This document shows positions 1 to 9,083 of a stretch of 64,000 nt of DNA, piece by piece; within the stretch, counting starts at the first letter, position 1, and each line of letters opens with the position of its first letter. The position numbers and the translations under genes are program-made. Where the stretch lies: NCBI GenBank assembly GCA_041687695.1, contig JAWLBL010000006.1, positions 32,001 to 96,000 on the forward strand. The letters are read 5' to 3'. The DNA is from Myxococcota bacterium. GTDB taxonomy: Bacteria > Myxococcota_A > UBA9042 > PHBI01 > JAWLBL01. The notes under the pieces are model-generated. The model was not told the origin of the DNA, made no database searches, and was given only the letters and a program-made list of their open reading frames with translations.

Positions 1-549
1 GCCAGCGCCGGCGAGGGGCCGGACGGGCGCAAGCAGCTCCGGGCCGTGCGGGTGCCGACCGACGCCCCTGGGCTGAGCTTCGCGCCGATGCCGCCGACCC
101 CGTTCGCGCCCGAGCTGGGCCACGCCTCGGTGCGCCTGGACGGGGTGCGCGTCGGCGCGGACGCGGTGCTGCCCGGCGACGGCTACCTGCGGGTGGTCAA
201 GCCGTTCCGCACGCTCGAGGACGTCCACGTCCACGCGGCCGTGCTGGGGCACCTGGCCGGGTGCGCGCGCCGGTGGCAGTGGCCGGCGAGCGCGCTCGAG
301 CGGATCGTGGCCGCCGTCGTCGGGCTGGCGCCGCTCGCGACCGCGCCGCCGCTGGATCCGGCGGTGCACCGGGTCCTGGGCGGGCAGCTGGCGGCGATCG
401 CCGATCTCATCGCCGAGCTGGCGCCGCACCTGGACGCGATGCCGGACGAGGTCGCGACGCGCTGGAGGCGCGATCGGGCGCTGTTCACCGTGGCCGGCAA
501 GGCACGCGCCCTGCGGCTCGAGCGCGCGCGACAGGCGCTGACGGCCTGA
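1..549 (+). CDS. Acyl-CoA dehydrogenase family protein, C-terminal part (5' truncated by the window)
   Basis: Frame is open from position 1. PELGHASVRLDGVRV...VLPGDGY..VKPFRTLED resembles the ACAD middle/C-terminal junction. Confidence 0.6.
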   Translation, partial: ASAGEGPDGRKQLRAVRVPTDAPGLSFAPMPPTPFAPELGHASVRLDGVRVGADAVLPGDGYLRVVKPFRTLEDVHVHAAVLGHLAGCARRWQWPASALERIVAAVVGLAPLATAPPLDPAVHRVLGGQLAAIADLIAELAPHLDAMPDEVATRWRRDRALFTVAGKARALRLERARQALTA

Positions 550-559
550 GGCGGACCGG

Positions 560-1243
560 TCACTCCGCGGGGCACTCCGTCCCCCCGCCGCTCAGGTCGA
601 AGCACAGCGGCCAGTTCGCCTGCACGTCGCACGGCTTGGGGCAGCCATCGAGCAGGCAGCAGTTGTCCTGCTGCGAGCACGTCCCGGGGAACCCATCGAG
701 GAAGGCATCGGCCTCCGCGTAGTCCGCCATGAGGCCCGGCCACGGGCTCGCGGGCAGGGGCAGGTCGCACTGCCACAGGGTGGCGCTGCCCTCGACCTCG
801 CGGGCGATCTCGAGGCGGCAGTGTCCATCGGCGTGGCGCCCGAGGACCCGGAGCCCGACCGAGCCGAAGTGCCAGTAGAAGCCGCCGGCGACCGGCTCGC
901 AGCGCAGCATCGCGTCGAGGAAGGGCTCGGCGGCGTCGCTGCACAGGCAGGCTTGGGTCAGGCACGGGACGACGTCCCAGGCGTCGTAGCTGGTCTCGGC
1001 GGTCGGGGTGGGTGCCACGGGGCCGTGGGCCGGGTCGCACAGCGGCGCCGCGGGGTCGACGGTGTCGGGGTCGGGTTCGGTCAGGTCGTCCTCGGCGTCG
1101 GGTTGGGTGATCTCGGCGTCCGCCTGCTCCGCGTCTGCGTCCGGGAGGGTGACGGCACCCTCGTCGGCGTCACAGCCAGCGACGAGGGCGGCCAGGAGGA
1201 GGGTCGGGAACAGCGCGGCGGTCCATGGGGCGGTGCGGGTCAT
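560..1243 (-). CDS. Cys-rich hypothetical lipoprotein
   Basis: ATG at 1243 (MTRTAPW...), hydrophobic signal, lipobox LVAGC, acidic linker, Cys-rich C-terminus. Confidence 0.7.
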   Translation of the reverse strand: MTRTAPWTAALFPTLLLAALVAGCDADEGAVTLPDADAEQADAEITQPDAEDDLTEPDPDTVDPAAPLCDPAHGPVAPTPTAETSYDAWDVVPCLTQACLCSDAAEPFLDAMLRCEPVAGGFYWHFGSVGLRVLGRHADGHCRLEIAREVEGSATLWQCDLPLPASPWPGLMADYAEADAFLDGFPGTCSQQDNCCLLDGCPKPCDVQANWPLCFDLSGGGTECPAE

Positions 1244-1512
1244 CTCGAGTCCTGACGGAGAGGGGGAGGGGCGGTGACGGGGCGTCACCGGCGGAAGGTG
1301 GGGGCGAGGTGAGCAAGGGGCGTGCCACCCGGCGTCGAGGCTGCGCTCCCGTGATGCGCGAGAGGCCGCAGGTGAGCAAAATTTCACCACGCTGGGCTGG
1401 ACCGGCCAATCGATCGCCAGTGGGCCGGTCGGACCCTGGCAGGCCCGGGTCCCTGGCGCGGACCGGTCGTCGCGCTCGCGCGCCGCCGCCAAATGGGGCA
1501 ACATCGGCCGCG

Positions 1513-2403
1513 ATGAACGCGATGCAACCGACGGACCTGATTGGGGGCACCCCGCTCGTCGACCTCTCGCCGCTCGTCGGGCGGCCGGGGGTGCGGCTGC
1601 TGGGCAAGCTCGAGGGCAACAACCCGGGCGGCAGCGTCAAGGACCGGCCCGCCTACTGGATGATCAAGGAGGCCGAGGCCCGCGGGGAGCTGCGCCCGGG
1701 CGTGCGGCTCATCGAGCCGACCAGCGGCAACACCGGCATCGCGCTGGCGATGATCGCGGCCATGAAGGGCTACGACGTCGAGCTGGTCATGCCCGGGAAC
1801 GCCACGCGCGAGCGGGTGCTGGCGATGGAGGCCTACGGCGCCAAGGTCACGCTGACCCCCGCCGAGCAGCGCATGGAGGGCGCCATCGACTACGCCCGCG
1901 GCAAGGTGGCCGAAGGCGGCTACCTGATGCTCGACCAGTTCAGCAACCCCGACAACTGGGCCGCCCACCTGCACACGACCGGCCCCGAGATCTGGCGCGC
2001 GACCGGCGGCGAGGTCACCCACTTCGTCTCGGCCATGGGGACGACCGGCACCATCATGGGCACCTCGCGCTATCTCAAGGGTCAGCGCGAGGCCGTGCAG
2101 GTCGTCGGCGCCCAGCCGGCCACCGACGACACCCACATCCCCGGCATCCGCCGCTGGCCGGCGGCCTATCTGCCCAAGATCTTCGACCCGCGCTGGGTCG
2201 ACCGCACCATCGACGTCACCACCGAGGACGCCACCGAGACCACGCGCCGCCTCGCCCGCGAGCGCGGCCTGTCGGTCGGCATGAGCTCGGGCGGGGCCGT
2301 CTGGTGCGCGCTCGAGGTCTGCCGCGAGCTCGACGCCGGCTGCGTCGTCACCATCCTGTGCGACCGCGGCGACCGTTACCTGTCCTCCGGACTCTTCGGC
2401 TGA
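1513..2403 (+). CDS. cysM: Cysteine synthase B (O-acetylserine sulfhydrylase)
   Basis: KLEGNNPGGSVKDR PLP-lysine motif, TSGNTG, MGTTGT, IPGIRRWP (CysM-type), C-terminal CDRGDRYLSSG. Confidence 0.92.
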   Translation: MNAMQPTDLIGGTPLVDLSPLVGRPGVRLLGKLEGNNPGGSVKDRPAYWMIKEAEARGELRPGVRLIEPTSGNTGIALAMIAAMKGYDVELVMPGNATRERVLAMEAYGAKVTLTPAEQRMEGAIDYARGKVAEGGYLMLDQFSNPDNWAAHLHTTGPEIWRATGGEVTHFVSAMGTTGTIMGTSRYLKGQREAVQVVGAQPATDDTHIPGIRRWPAAYLPKIFDPRWVDRTIDVTTEDATETTRRLARERGLSVGMSSGGAVWCALEVCRELDAGCVVTILCDRGDRYLSSGLFG

Positions 2404-2413
2404 GGCGGCGTCC

Positions 2414-2827
2414 ATGCGGGTCACCCTCTCGCGCGTCCACGGCGCGCAGTACGTCGGCACCAACGAGGAAGGTCGCCGGATCACCATCGCCGGCTCGCCC
2501 GACATCGGGCCCAGCGACGACGGCGTGCGGCCCATGCAGGCCGTCCTGATGGCGCTCGCGGCCTGCACCTCGGTCGACGTGCAGCTCATCCTCCAGAAGG
2601 GACGCCACCGGGTCGACAGCCTGGACGTGACCATCGACGCCGAGCGCGCCGACGCCGTCCCGGCCGTCTTCACGAAGATCCACATGCACTTCGAGGCCTC
2701 GGGCGACTTCTCGCAGCACAAGCTCGAGCGCGCGGTCACCCTGTCGCACGACAAGTACTGCTCGGTCGCGGCCATGCTCGAGCCGGGCGTGACGATCACG
2801 ACCAGCTGCGCCTTGCGCGAGGGCTGA
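2414..2827 (+). CDS. OsmC/YhfA family protein
   Basis: RPMQAVLMALAACT and DKYCSV conserved cysteines. Confidence 0.85.
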   Translation: MRVTLSRVHGAQYVGTNEEGRRITIAGSPDIGPSDDGVRPMQAVLMALAACTSVDVQLILQKGRHRVDSLDVTIDAERADAVPAVFTKIHMHFEASGDFSQHKLERAVTLSHDKYCSVAAMLEPGVTITTSCALREG

Positions 2828-2915
2828 CCCGACCGACGGTGGCCCCGCGCGCGGTGGTCCGCCCCGGGTCCGGGCCTAGCTTCCTGCTATGTGCCCGTGA
2901 TCGCTGGGAGCCGCC

Positions 2916-4028
2916 GTGCGCCACCTGCCCCTCGCCGTCGCCCTGACCCTGTCTGCGCTGGCCTGCGCCGAGCCGCAGACCGGGGCCGAGGCCGCGGCGC
3001 CGCGCGGGGCCACGGCCGAGCCGACCGATGATGACGGCGTAGCCACGCTCTCGGCCGACGCCTCGGAGACGGCAGGCGCGGCGCCCGACGAGGCCGTCTC
3101 CGAGCCCACGCCGCTCGCCGCGCGGCGGCTGGACCCGGCCTGTGTCGACGGCCGCGTGACCCTGGACATCCCGGGGCGGCAGCCGTCCATCGCCGCCGAG
3201 GTCGCCGCCTACGAGCCGGCCCGGGCGCGCGCGCTGATGCGGCAGGTCCTGACCGCGCGCTGGCCCTACGGCGAGCGCCTGGTCGACGAGGGCGTCGCGT
3301 TGGCGGGCCCCGACGAGCCGGACTGCGTGACCCGGGGCCTCAACGGCGACCCGCCGGCCCTGGCGCGGGACTTCCTGCTACGCCTGCAGAGCGTCGTCCA
3401 CGAGTGCGGCCACGCCGTGGACCTGGCCGCGGGCGACCCGCTGGCGCCCGCCTACCGGCTGGGGCCGGACACGGTCGTGCGCTGCGAGGGTGGGCGCTAC
3501 GTCGGGCCCTTGGCGACCCCGGCGCGCAGCCGCATCCGTGGCGACGCCTTCGGGGCCGAGCGGCCGCCCTGTCCGGACAAGGGCGAGCGGGGGTGTGACC
3601 CGTACGCGGCGCTGTATCTGGAAGGAGACCCCGGAGACGACCAATTCGATACGGGTGACCAGGGGCTGGCTATGGTGCTCGAGGAGCTGCTGCAGTACCA
3701 GCACTCGCTGATGGCGGCGCGCACGATCTCGGACCACCTCATCGCCCGGACGAGCGCGCGCGACGGGCTGCTGACGAGCCTGTGGTACCTCGAGCGCTAC
3801 CTGCACATGATGCGCCTCGGTCACCCCGAGGCCTACGCGGCGGTGATGGAGTCACCCTGCTGGCGGGGGCTCATCCTGACGCTGTGGGGGCGGTCCTGGC
3901 GGCTGCTCGAGGCGACGGCGGACGAGCGCCACCTGGGCCTCGAGGACGAGGCGCTGCTGGCGCTGGTCGAGGAGCCGGCCCTGCTGCAGGAGATCGAGCG
4001 CGTGCGGCGGGCCCACGGCTGCGACTAG
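2916..4028 (+). CDS. Lipoprotein with possible zinc-metallopeptidase motif
   Basis: Signal plus lipobox ALAC; VHECGH (HExxH) with downstream EEL. Confidence 0.55.
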   Translation: MRHLPLAVALTLSALACAEPQTGAEAAAPRGATAEPTDDDGVATLSADASETAGAAPDEAVSEPTPLAARRLDPACVDGRVTLDIPGRQPSIAAEVAAYEPARARALMRQVLTARWPYGERLVDEGVALAGPDEPDCVTRGLNGDPPALARDFLLRLQSVVHECGHAVDLAAGDPLAPAYRLGPDTVVRCEGGRYVGPLATPARSRIRGDAFGAERPPCPDKGERGCDPYAALYLEGDPGDDQFDTGDQGLAMVLEELLQYQHSLMAARTISDHLIARTSARDGLLTSLWYLERYLHMMRLGHPEAYAAVMESPCWRGLILTLWGRSWRLLEATADERHLGLEDEALLALVEEPALLQEIERVRRAHGCD

Positions 4029-4034
4029 CCGTGG

Positions 4035-4844
4035 TCAGGCCCAGGGTTCGCAGCGGAGCTCGACGTCGGGCGTCACCTGCCACAGCGTGCGGTCGGGCAT
4101 CTCGCGCCAGGGCTCGCCGGTCAGCGGCTCGGACGCGATGACGACGGCGCGGTAGCCGACGTCGGGCTCGAGCCGGGCGTGGGTCTGGGCGCAGATGTCG
4201 CACACGTGCAGGGCGTCGCGCTCGAGCTGGTAGAGCGTGCGCCCCCAGCGGGTCCCGACCAGGTGATTGCCGTCGGTGAGGACGACGTTGAGGCCGTTGG
4301 GCGTGTCGGGGTCGCCGCCGCAGCACCAAGCGAGCAGGTCCTCGAAGGTCGCTCGCAGCGCGGCCATGGGGTCGCCGGAGCCGCGCTCGAGGTAGGACAT
4401 CATCATGTGGAAGAGGTGCTCGCTGTCGGTCGTGCCGCGGATGGCCTCGCGGTGATGGGGCAACATCACCTCGCGCATGCGGTCGCGGACGCGGGCGAAC
4501 TCGTGGACGGTGCCGTTGTGGATGAACGACCAACGCCCCCACACGAACGGGTGGGTGTTGTCGAGCGACGGCGCGCCGACCGTCGCGCGGCGGACGTGGG
4601 CCAGGAACAGGCGCGCGTACTGCCCGGTGACCGACCGGCGGAAGTGCTCGCCGTGATAGGCGGCCCAGGCCTGGCGCTCGACGTGAATGTGGGCCCCGTC
4701 GTAGGTGGCGACCCCCCAGCCGTTGACGTGCTCGCGCCCCGAGAGGTCGCGCCGGCTCTGGGCCATCAGCGCGTTCTGCGCGTGGACGAGGTCGCACTCG
4801 ACGCGGCTCTGTGCGTTGGAGCGGAAGGCGTACAGGCGACACAT
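4035..4844 (-). CDS. Class II glutamine amidotransferase (Ntn hydrolase, EgtC/YafJ-like)
   Basis: N-terminal MCRL, GWGV, AHVRRAT, NTHPF, HNGT, GTTDSE, IASEPL. Confidence 0.9.
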   Translation of the reverse strand: MCRLYAFRSNAQSRVECDLVHAQNALMAQSRRDLSGREHVNGWGVATYDGAHIHVERQAWAAYHGEHFRRSVTGQYARLFLAHVRRATVGAPSLDNTHPFVWGRWSFIHNGTVHEFARVRDRMREVMLPHHREAIRGTTDSEHLFHMMMSYLERGSGDPMAALRATFEDLLAWCCGGDPDTPNGLNVVLTDGNHLVGTRWGRTLYQLERDALHVCDICAQTHARLEPDVGYRAVVIASEPLTGEPWREMPDRTLWQVTPDVELRCEPWA

Positions 4845-4928
4845 GGGTGTTGGAGGGCTCCCTTCGACTGGGCCTCGGGGCGCGTGAGACGCGTTGAACC
4901 TGGCGCCTGCGGCGCGTAGCTATACATG

Positions 4929-4951
4929 TAACCACTTGAAACTGTTGGTTA
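4929..4951. promoter_or_regulatory. AT-rich site between divergent genes: TAACCA-N11-TGGTTA inverted repeat overlapping an IHF-like TAACCACTTGAAA
   Basis: Conspicuous AT-rich patch in GC-rich context. One mismatch to the IHF consensus TAAnnnnTTGATW. Confidence 0.35.
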
Positions 4952-5002
4952 ACTACTCATGGGAGGCCCGATGGGCGCGGGACGCGGCGCGAGGAGGCGC
5001 GC

Positions 5003-6511
5003 TTGAGGCGGCTGGCACCGAGGCGGCGCACGCGCTCGCTGGACGTCCTGCCCTCGCTGCCCGTGCGCGCGCAGATCGAGGTCGAGCTCGCTCCGGCCGA
5101 GCGGCGTGAGCTGGCGCGGCTGGCGGAGCGGCTGCTCGCCGAGGACCCGGCCCTGGGGGCGCTGACCGCCTTCGGGCCGCGGGTGCGCGCCGGGGCGGGC
5201 GCGGTCCCGTCGGTCTTCCTCGAGGACCACGTCGAGATCACGCTCTTTCACGTCAGCGGCGACGCGAGCCTGGAGTATCGGGCCCTGCTGCTGGCGGGGG
5301 ATGGGGACGTGGTGCTGGTCGGCGGCGAGCGGCGCCCGGAGTTCGAGGCCTACTGCCGCGACGTGCTGGGCCTCGGCGCGCCCGAGGTCCTGACCGTCCA
5401 TCGCGAGCCGAGCGCGCCGAAGCTGCCGCTGGCGCTGCGGGTGTTGCGCGAGTGCCAGGTCCTGACGCGGCTCATCGGGTTGGCGCGGCGCCACGGCGGC
5501 CTGAACCTGGTGCCCTACTACGGCACGTCGAGCGCGTGGGCCCTGGCGAGCGTGCTGGCCGACAGCGCGCGGGTGCCGGTGCGCGTGCTGGCGGCGCCGC
5601 CCAAGCTGACGGCCCACGCGAACGACAAGCTGTGGTTCGCGCGGCGGGTCGCCGAGGTCCTGGGGCGCGACGCCCGGCCTTCGACGACCAGCGCCGGGGG
5701 GCCCGAGGCGCTGGCGGAGATCCTGGCCGGGGCCGCTGATCGGTCGGGGCGGCTGGTCGTGAAGCTCCCCGACAGCGCCTCCTCGGTGGGGAACGTGGTG
5801 GTCGAGGCCGCGGCCGTGCGCGCCGAGGGCGCGGAGGCGGTGGCGGCGCGGGTCACGGCGCATCTGCGGGGGATCGGCTGGGAGGACGACTGGCCGCTGC
5901 TGGTGTCGGTCTGGGACGAGCCGGTGCTGGAGAGCCCGTCGGTGCAGCTGTGGATCCCGCCGCTGGCGGACCGCGCCGACGGGGCGGCGGCGGAGGGTCC
6001 CGACCCGATCGTGGAGGGCGTGTTCACGCAGTGGCTGGCCGAAGGGACCGGCCAGTTCCTGGGCGGCGCGCCGTCGCGGCTGCCGGCGCGCGTGCGGGTG
6101 CGGCTGGCGCAGGAGGCCCTCTACCTGGGCGCGCTGCTGCAGGCGCTGGGCTACGTGGGGCGGTGCAGCTTCGACGCCGTGATGGTCGGCACGCGCCCCG
6201 AGACCGCGACGCCGCACTGGATCGAGTGCAACGGCCGCTGGGGGGGCATGTCCATCCCGCTGACCGTGGCGAACCGCCTGTGCGGGGACTGGTCGCGGCA
6301 CCCGTTCACGACCCTGACCCACCACGTCCCGCGCGCGGCGCGGCTGGACGAGCTGCTGGCGGGCTGGGACGACCTGCTGCTGCGCCCGGGGCGTCGGGAC
6401 GAGGGGATCGTGGTGCTCAGCCCGGGGCCGTTCGAGGCCGGCCAACGCTGTCACCTGCTGTCCACCGCGGCGCCGGCCGCGCTGGCCTCAGCGCTGGACC
6501 TGCGGGTCTGA
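5003..6511 (+). CDS. preATP-grasp / ATP-grasp domain protein (peptide-ligase-like)
   Basis: ANDKLWF, VVKLPDSASSVGN, SPSVQL, GRCSFDAV, WIECNGRWGG are ATP-grasp motifs. Start codon uncertain. Confidence 0.75.
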   Translation: MRRLAPRRRTRSLDVLPSLPVRAQIEVELAPAERRELARLAERLLAEDPALGALTAFGPRVRAGAGAVPSVFLEDHVEITLFHVSGDASLEYRALLLAGDGDVVLVGGERRPEFEAYCRDVLGLGAPEVLTVHREPSAPKLPLALRVLRECQVLTRLIGLARRHGGLNLVPYYGTSSAWALASVLADSARVPVRVLAAPPKLTAHANDKLWFARRVAEVLGRDARPSTTSAGGPEALAEILAGAADRSGRLVVKLPDSASSVGNVVVEAAAVRAEGAEAVAARVTAHLRGIGWEDDWPLLVSVWDEPVLESPSVQLWIPPLADRADGAAAEGPDPIVEGVFTQWLAEGTGQFLGGAPSRLPARVRVRLAQEALYLGALLQALGYVGRCSFDAVMVGTRPETATPHWIECNGRWGGMSIPLTVANRLCGDWSRHPFTTLTHHVPRAARLDELLAGWDDLLLRPGRRDEGIVVLSPGPFEAGQRCHLLSTAAPAALASALDLRV

Positions 6512-8242
6512 CCCGGCGCGTCCGCCGGCGCCGGCGTCGTAGGCCGCGGCCGTGCGCGGGAGGGTGAAGCGGAAGCAGCTGCCGCGGCCCTCGACGCTCG
6601 CCACGGAGATCGCGCCGCCGTGCGCCTCGACGATGCCCTTGGCGATGGCGAGCCCCAGGCCGGCGCCGCCGCGTTGGGTCTTCCGGGCCTGCCAGAAGCG
6701 GTCGAACAGGTGCGGCAGGTCCGCCTCGGGGATCCCCGGGCCGGTGTCGCGCACGGAGAACGTCACCAAGACCTCGTCGGCCTCGATCTCCAGCGCGATG
6801 ACACCCTCGGGCGGCGTGAACTTGCGCGCGTTGCCGACCAGGTTGTCCAGGACCTGCATCACGCGCTCGCGGTCGGCGTAGATCGTGGTCTCGACGCGGT
6901 CCGGGTCGCACTCGAGGCGGGCCACGCCCTCGGCGCCCTGGGCGGCGTACCGCTCGCACAGCTCCGTGAGCAGGGGCCCGATCGGGTGCAGGGCCGGCTC
7001 GAGGAACAGGTGCTTGGTCTCGAGCCTGCTGACCTCGAGCAGGTCGGCGATGAGGCGGTTCATCCGGTCGGCCTCTCGGCGGATCAGCGCGATGGGCTTG
7101 CGGGCGTGCTCGTCGGACAGGCGTCGGCTCAGGGCCCGGGCGCTCATGAAGATGGCGCTCAGCGGGTTGCGCAGGTCGTGCGACACGATGCCCAGGACCT
7201 CGTCACGCAGCGCGAGGGCCCGGTCGGCGCGCTCGCGGGCGGCGCGCTCGTCGAAGAAGAGCCGCGCGCGGTCGACGGCCAGGGCGATGGGCTCGGTCAT
7301 CGCCCTGAGCAGATCGAGGTCGCCCTCGGACGAGCCCTCCGCCGAGCAGGCCCCGACCATGAGGACGCCCATGGCGTCGCCGCCGCGCCCGGGCGGCGGC
7401 AGCAGCGGGGCGACCATCAGCGAGCGCAGGGGGCTGAGCCGAGGCGCGTCGGGCACGATCCGAGCGACGTCGGCGTCGTCGATGAGCTGCGGCTCGCCCT
7501 GCTCGAGGAGGCGCCCCACCACCGGATGGCCTACCGGGATCTCCATCGGCGCGGCGCCGGGGCTCGCGATCACCCCCGCGGCTGCGCCCTCGACCAGGGC
7601 CTGGCCGTCGTCCGACCGCATGAACAGGACGGCCCCGTCGGCCGAGAAGGCGGCCATCGTCTGGCCCACGACGTCCTGGAGCAGGGCCTCGGTGTCCAGG
7701 TGGCGCAGCCCCGCCGCGAGGACCTCCTGGAGCGCCTCGAGCCGGCGCGTGGCGGCCTCGGCCCGGGCGCGCGCCTCCTCCGCGGCGGCGACGGCCCGTG
7801 CGAGGCGGGTCCGCTCCTTGCCGAGCGCGCGCTGGGCGTTGACCAGCTCGGAGTTCAAGGCGGTCAGCTCGGCGTTGAGCGGCTCGGCTTGGTCGTCGCG
7901 CGGGTGCTCGACCAGCCACAGACGCGGCAGCTCGGCGCCGTCCGGTCGCGGGGCGACGGGGTGGAAGGTGAGCAGGTCGACGTGGCCACCCGTGTCGAAC
8001 ACCAGCTCCCAGGGGGCCCCGTCTTCGGCGTCACCGCGCTCGAGGAAGCGCTGGTAACGAACGCGCGAGGGCGCGTCGAGCGCTTCGGCGAGGGGGCGCC
8101 CCGTGAGGCTGGTGCCCAGGCGGGCTTCGAGGTGGCCGTTGCTGGCCAGGACGGTGCCGTCGGCCGACAGCGCCAGGACGGCCCCCGGGAAGCCGCTCAT
8201 CCACCGCGCGGGCGCCGGAGGTGGGGCGCCGTGGTCAGCCAC
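6488..8242 (-). CDS. Sensor histidine kinase (PAS-like, GAF, HisKA, HATPase)
   Basis: H-box VSHDLRNPL, N-box NLVGNARKFT, DTGPGI, F-box LFDRF, GAGLGL. Confidence 0.92.
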   Translation of the reverse strand: MADHGAPPPAPARWMSGFPGAVLALSADGTVLASNGHLEARLGTSLTGRPLAEALDAPSRVRYQRFLERGDAEDGAPWELVFDTGGHVDLLTFHPVAPRPDGAELPRLWLVEHPRDDQAEPLNAELTALNSELVNAQRALGKERTRLARAVAAAEEARARAEAATRRLEALQEVLAAGLRHLDTEALLQDVVGQTMAAFSADGAVLFMRSDDGQALVEGAAAGVIASPGAAPMEIPVGHPVVGRLLEQGEPQLIDDADVARIVPDAPRLSPLRSLMVAPLLPPPGRGGDAMGVLMVGACSAEGSSEGDLDLLRAMTEPIALAVDRARLFFDERAARERADRALALRDEVLGIVSHDLRNPLSAIFMSARALSRRLSDEHARKPIALIRREADRMNRLIADLLEVSRLETKHLFLEPALHPIGPLLTELCERYAAQGAEGVARLECDPDRVETTIYADRERVMQVLDNLVGNARKFTPPEGVIALEIEADEVLVTFSVRDTGPGIPEADLPHLFDRFWQARKTQRGGAGLGLAIAKGIVEAHGGAISVASVEGRGSCFRFTLPRTAAAYDAGAGGRAGSDPQVQR

Positions 8243-8921
8243 GGTCCTCTCCGGGGTCGCAGGAGGTCGCGCGATCGAAGCGCTCGGCGAGTAGACGCGC
8301 CGCCTCCTCGGCGTCGCGCGCCGTGGCGTCGGCGCCCACGGCCGCGGCGAGCGCCGGGTCGTCGAGGAAGGGCCGCCCGCCGACCAGGATGAGCGGCATG
8401 CGCGGCAGGTGGGCCTCGCGGAGGGCGGCGACCGTGGCGGCGAGGGCCGGCACGTGCGGCGAGATGCTGGCCGACAGGGCGACGGCCTCGGGCCTGCGCT
8501 CGCGGACGAGGGCGACGAAGGACTCGAGGGGCACCGAGGCGCCGACGAAGTCGGTGTCCCAGCCCTCGCACTCCAGGAGATCGCAGACCATGCGCAGGCC
8601 GATCTCGTGGCGCTCTCCCTCGGGGCAGGCGGCGACGAGGCGAGGCCCGGACGGGGCGGGGCAGGCGTCGAAGAAGCGGGCGTACAGGCGGGCCATCGCC
8701 GTCTGGGTGATGGCGGTCGCGAGGTGCTCCTGCGCGACCGTCAGCTCGTCGCGTTCCCACAGCTGGCCGATGTCGCGCAGCGTCGGCTGGAAGACCTGCA
8801 GGTATAGGGTCTGCAGGGTGCAGCCGCGCTGGACGAGCGCATCGACCACCTGGAAGGCGCGGCGGCGGTCGCCGGCCCGGACGGCCGCCAGATACTCGTG
8901 GTGGAGCTCGCGCTCGCTCAT
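8235..8921 (-). CDS. Stand-alone cobalamin (B12)-binding domain protein, CarH-type
   Basis: W-x9-EH (WERDELTVAQEH), ExHxxG (ERHEIG), ALSAS, VGG. No MerR HTH. Confidence 0.88.
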   Translation of the reverse strand: MSERELHHEYLAAVRAGDRRRAFQVVDALVQRGCTLQTLYLQVFQPTLRDIGQLWERDELTVAQEHLATAITQTAMARLYARFFDACPAPSGPRLVAACPEGERHEIGLRMVCDLLECEGWDTDFVGASVPLESFVALVRERRPEAVALSASISPHVPALAATVAALREAHLPRMPLILVGGRPFLDDPALAAAVGADATARDAEEAARLLAERFDRATSCDPGEDRG

Positions 8922-9083
8922 GACGCGGGCGCCTCCGGCGCGACGGTGAGAGGGCTGACGCAGACGGACACGGCGATCCTCGGGCTGGGCCGGCGCTGTG
9001 GGGGGACGGGCCCATCGTAGCGCGCGGGACCGGCGGCCCCTACGGTCCGGACCCGCTGCGATCGGGGCCCGGCGCCAGCGGGG

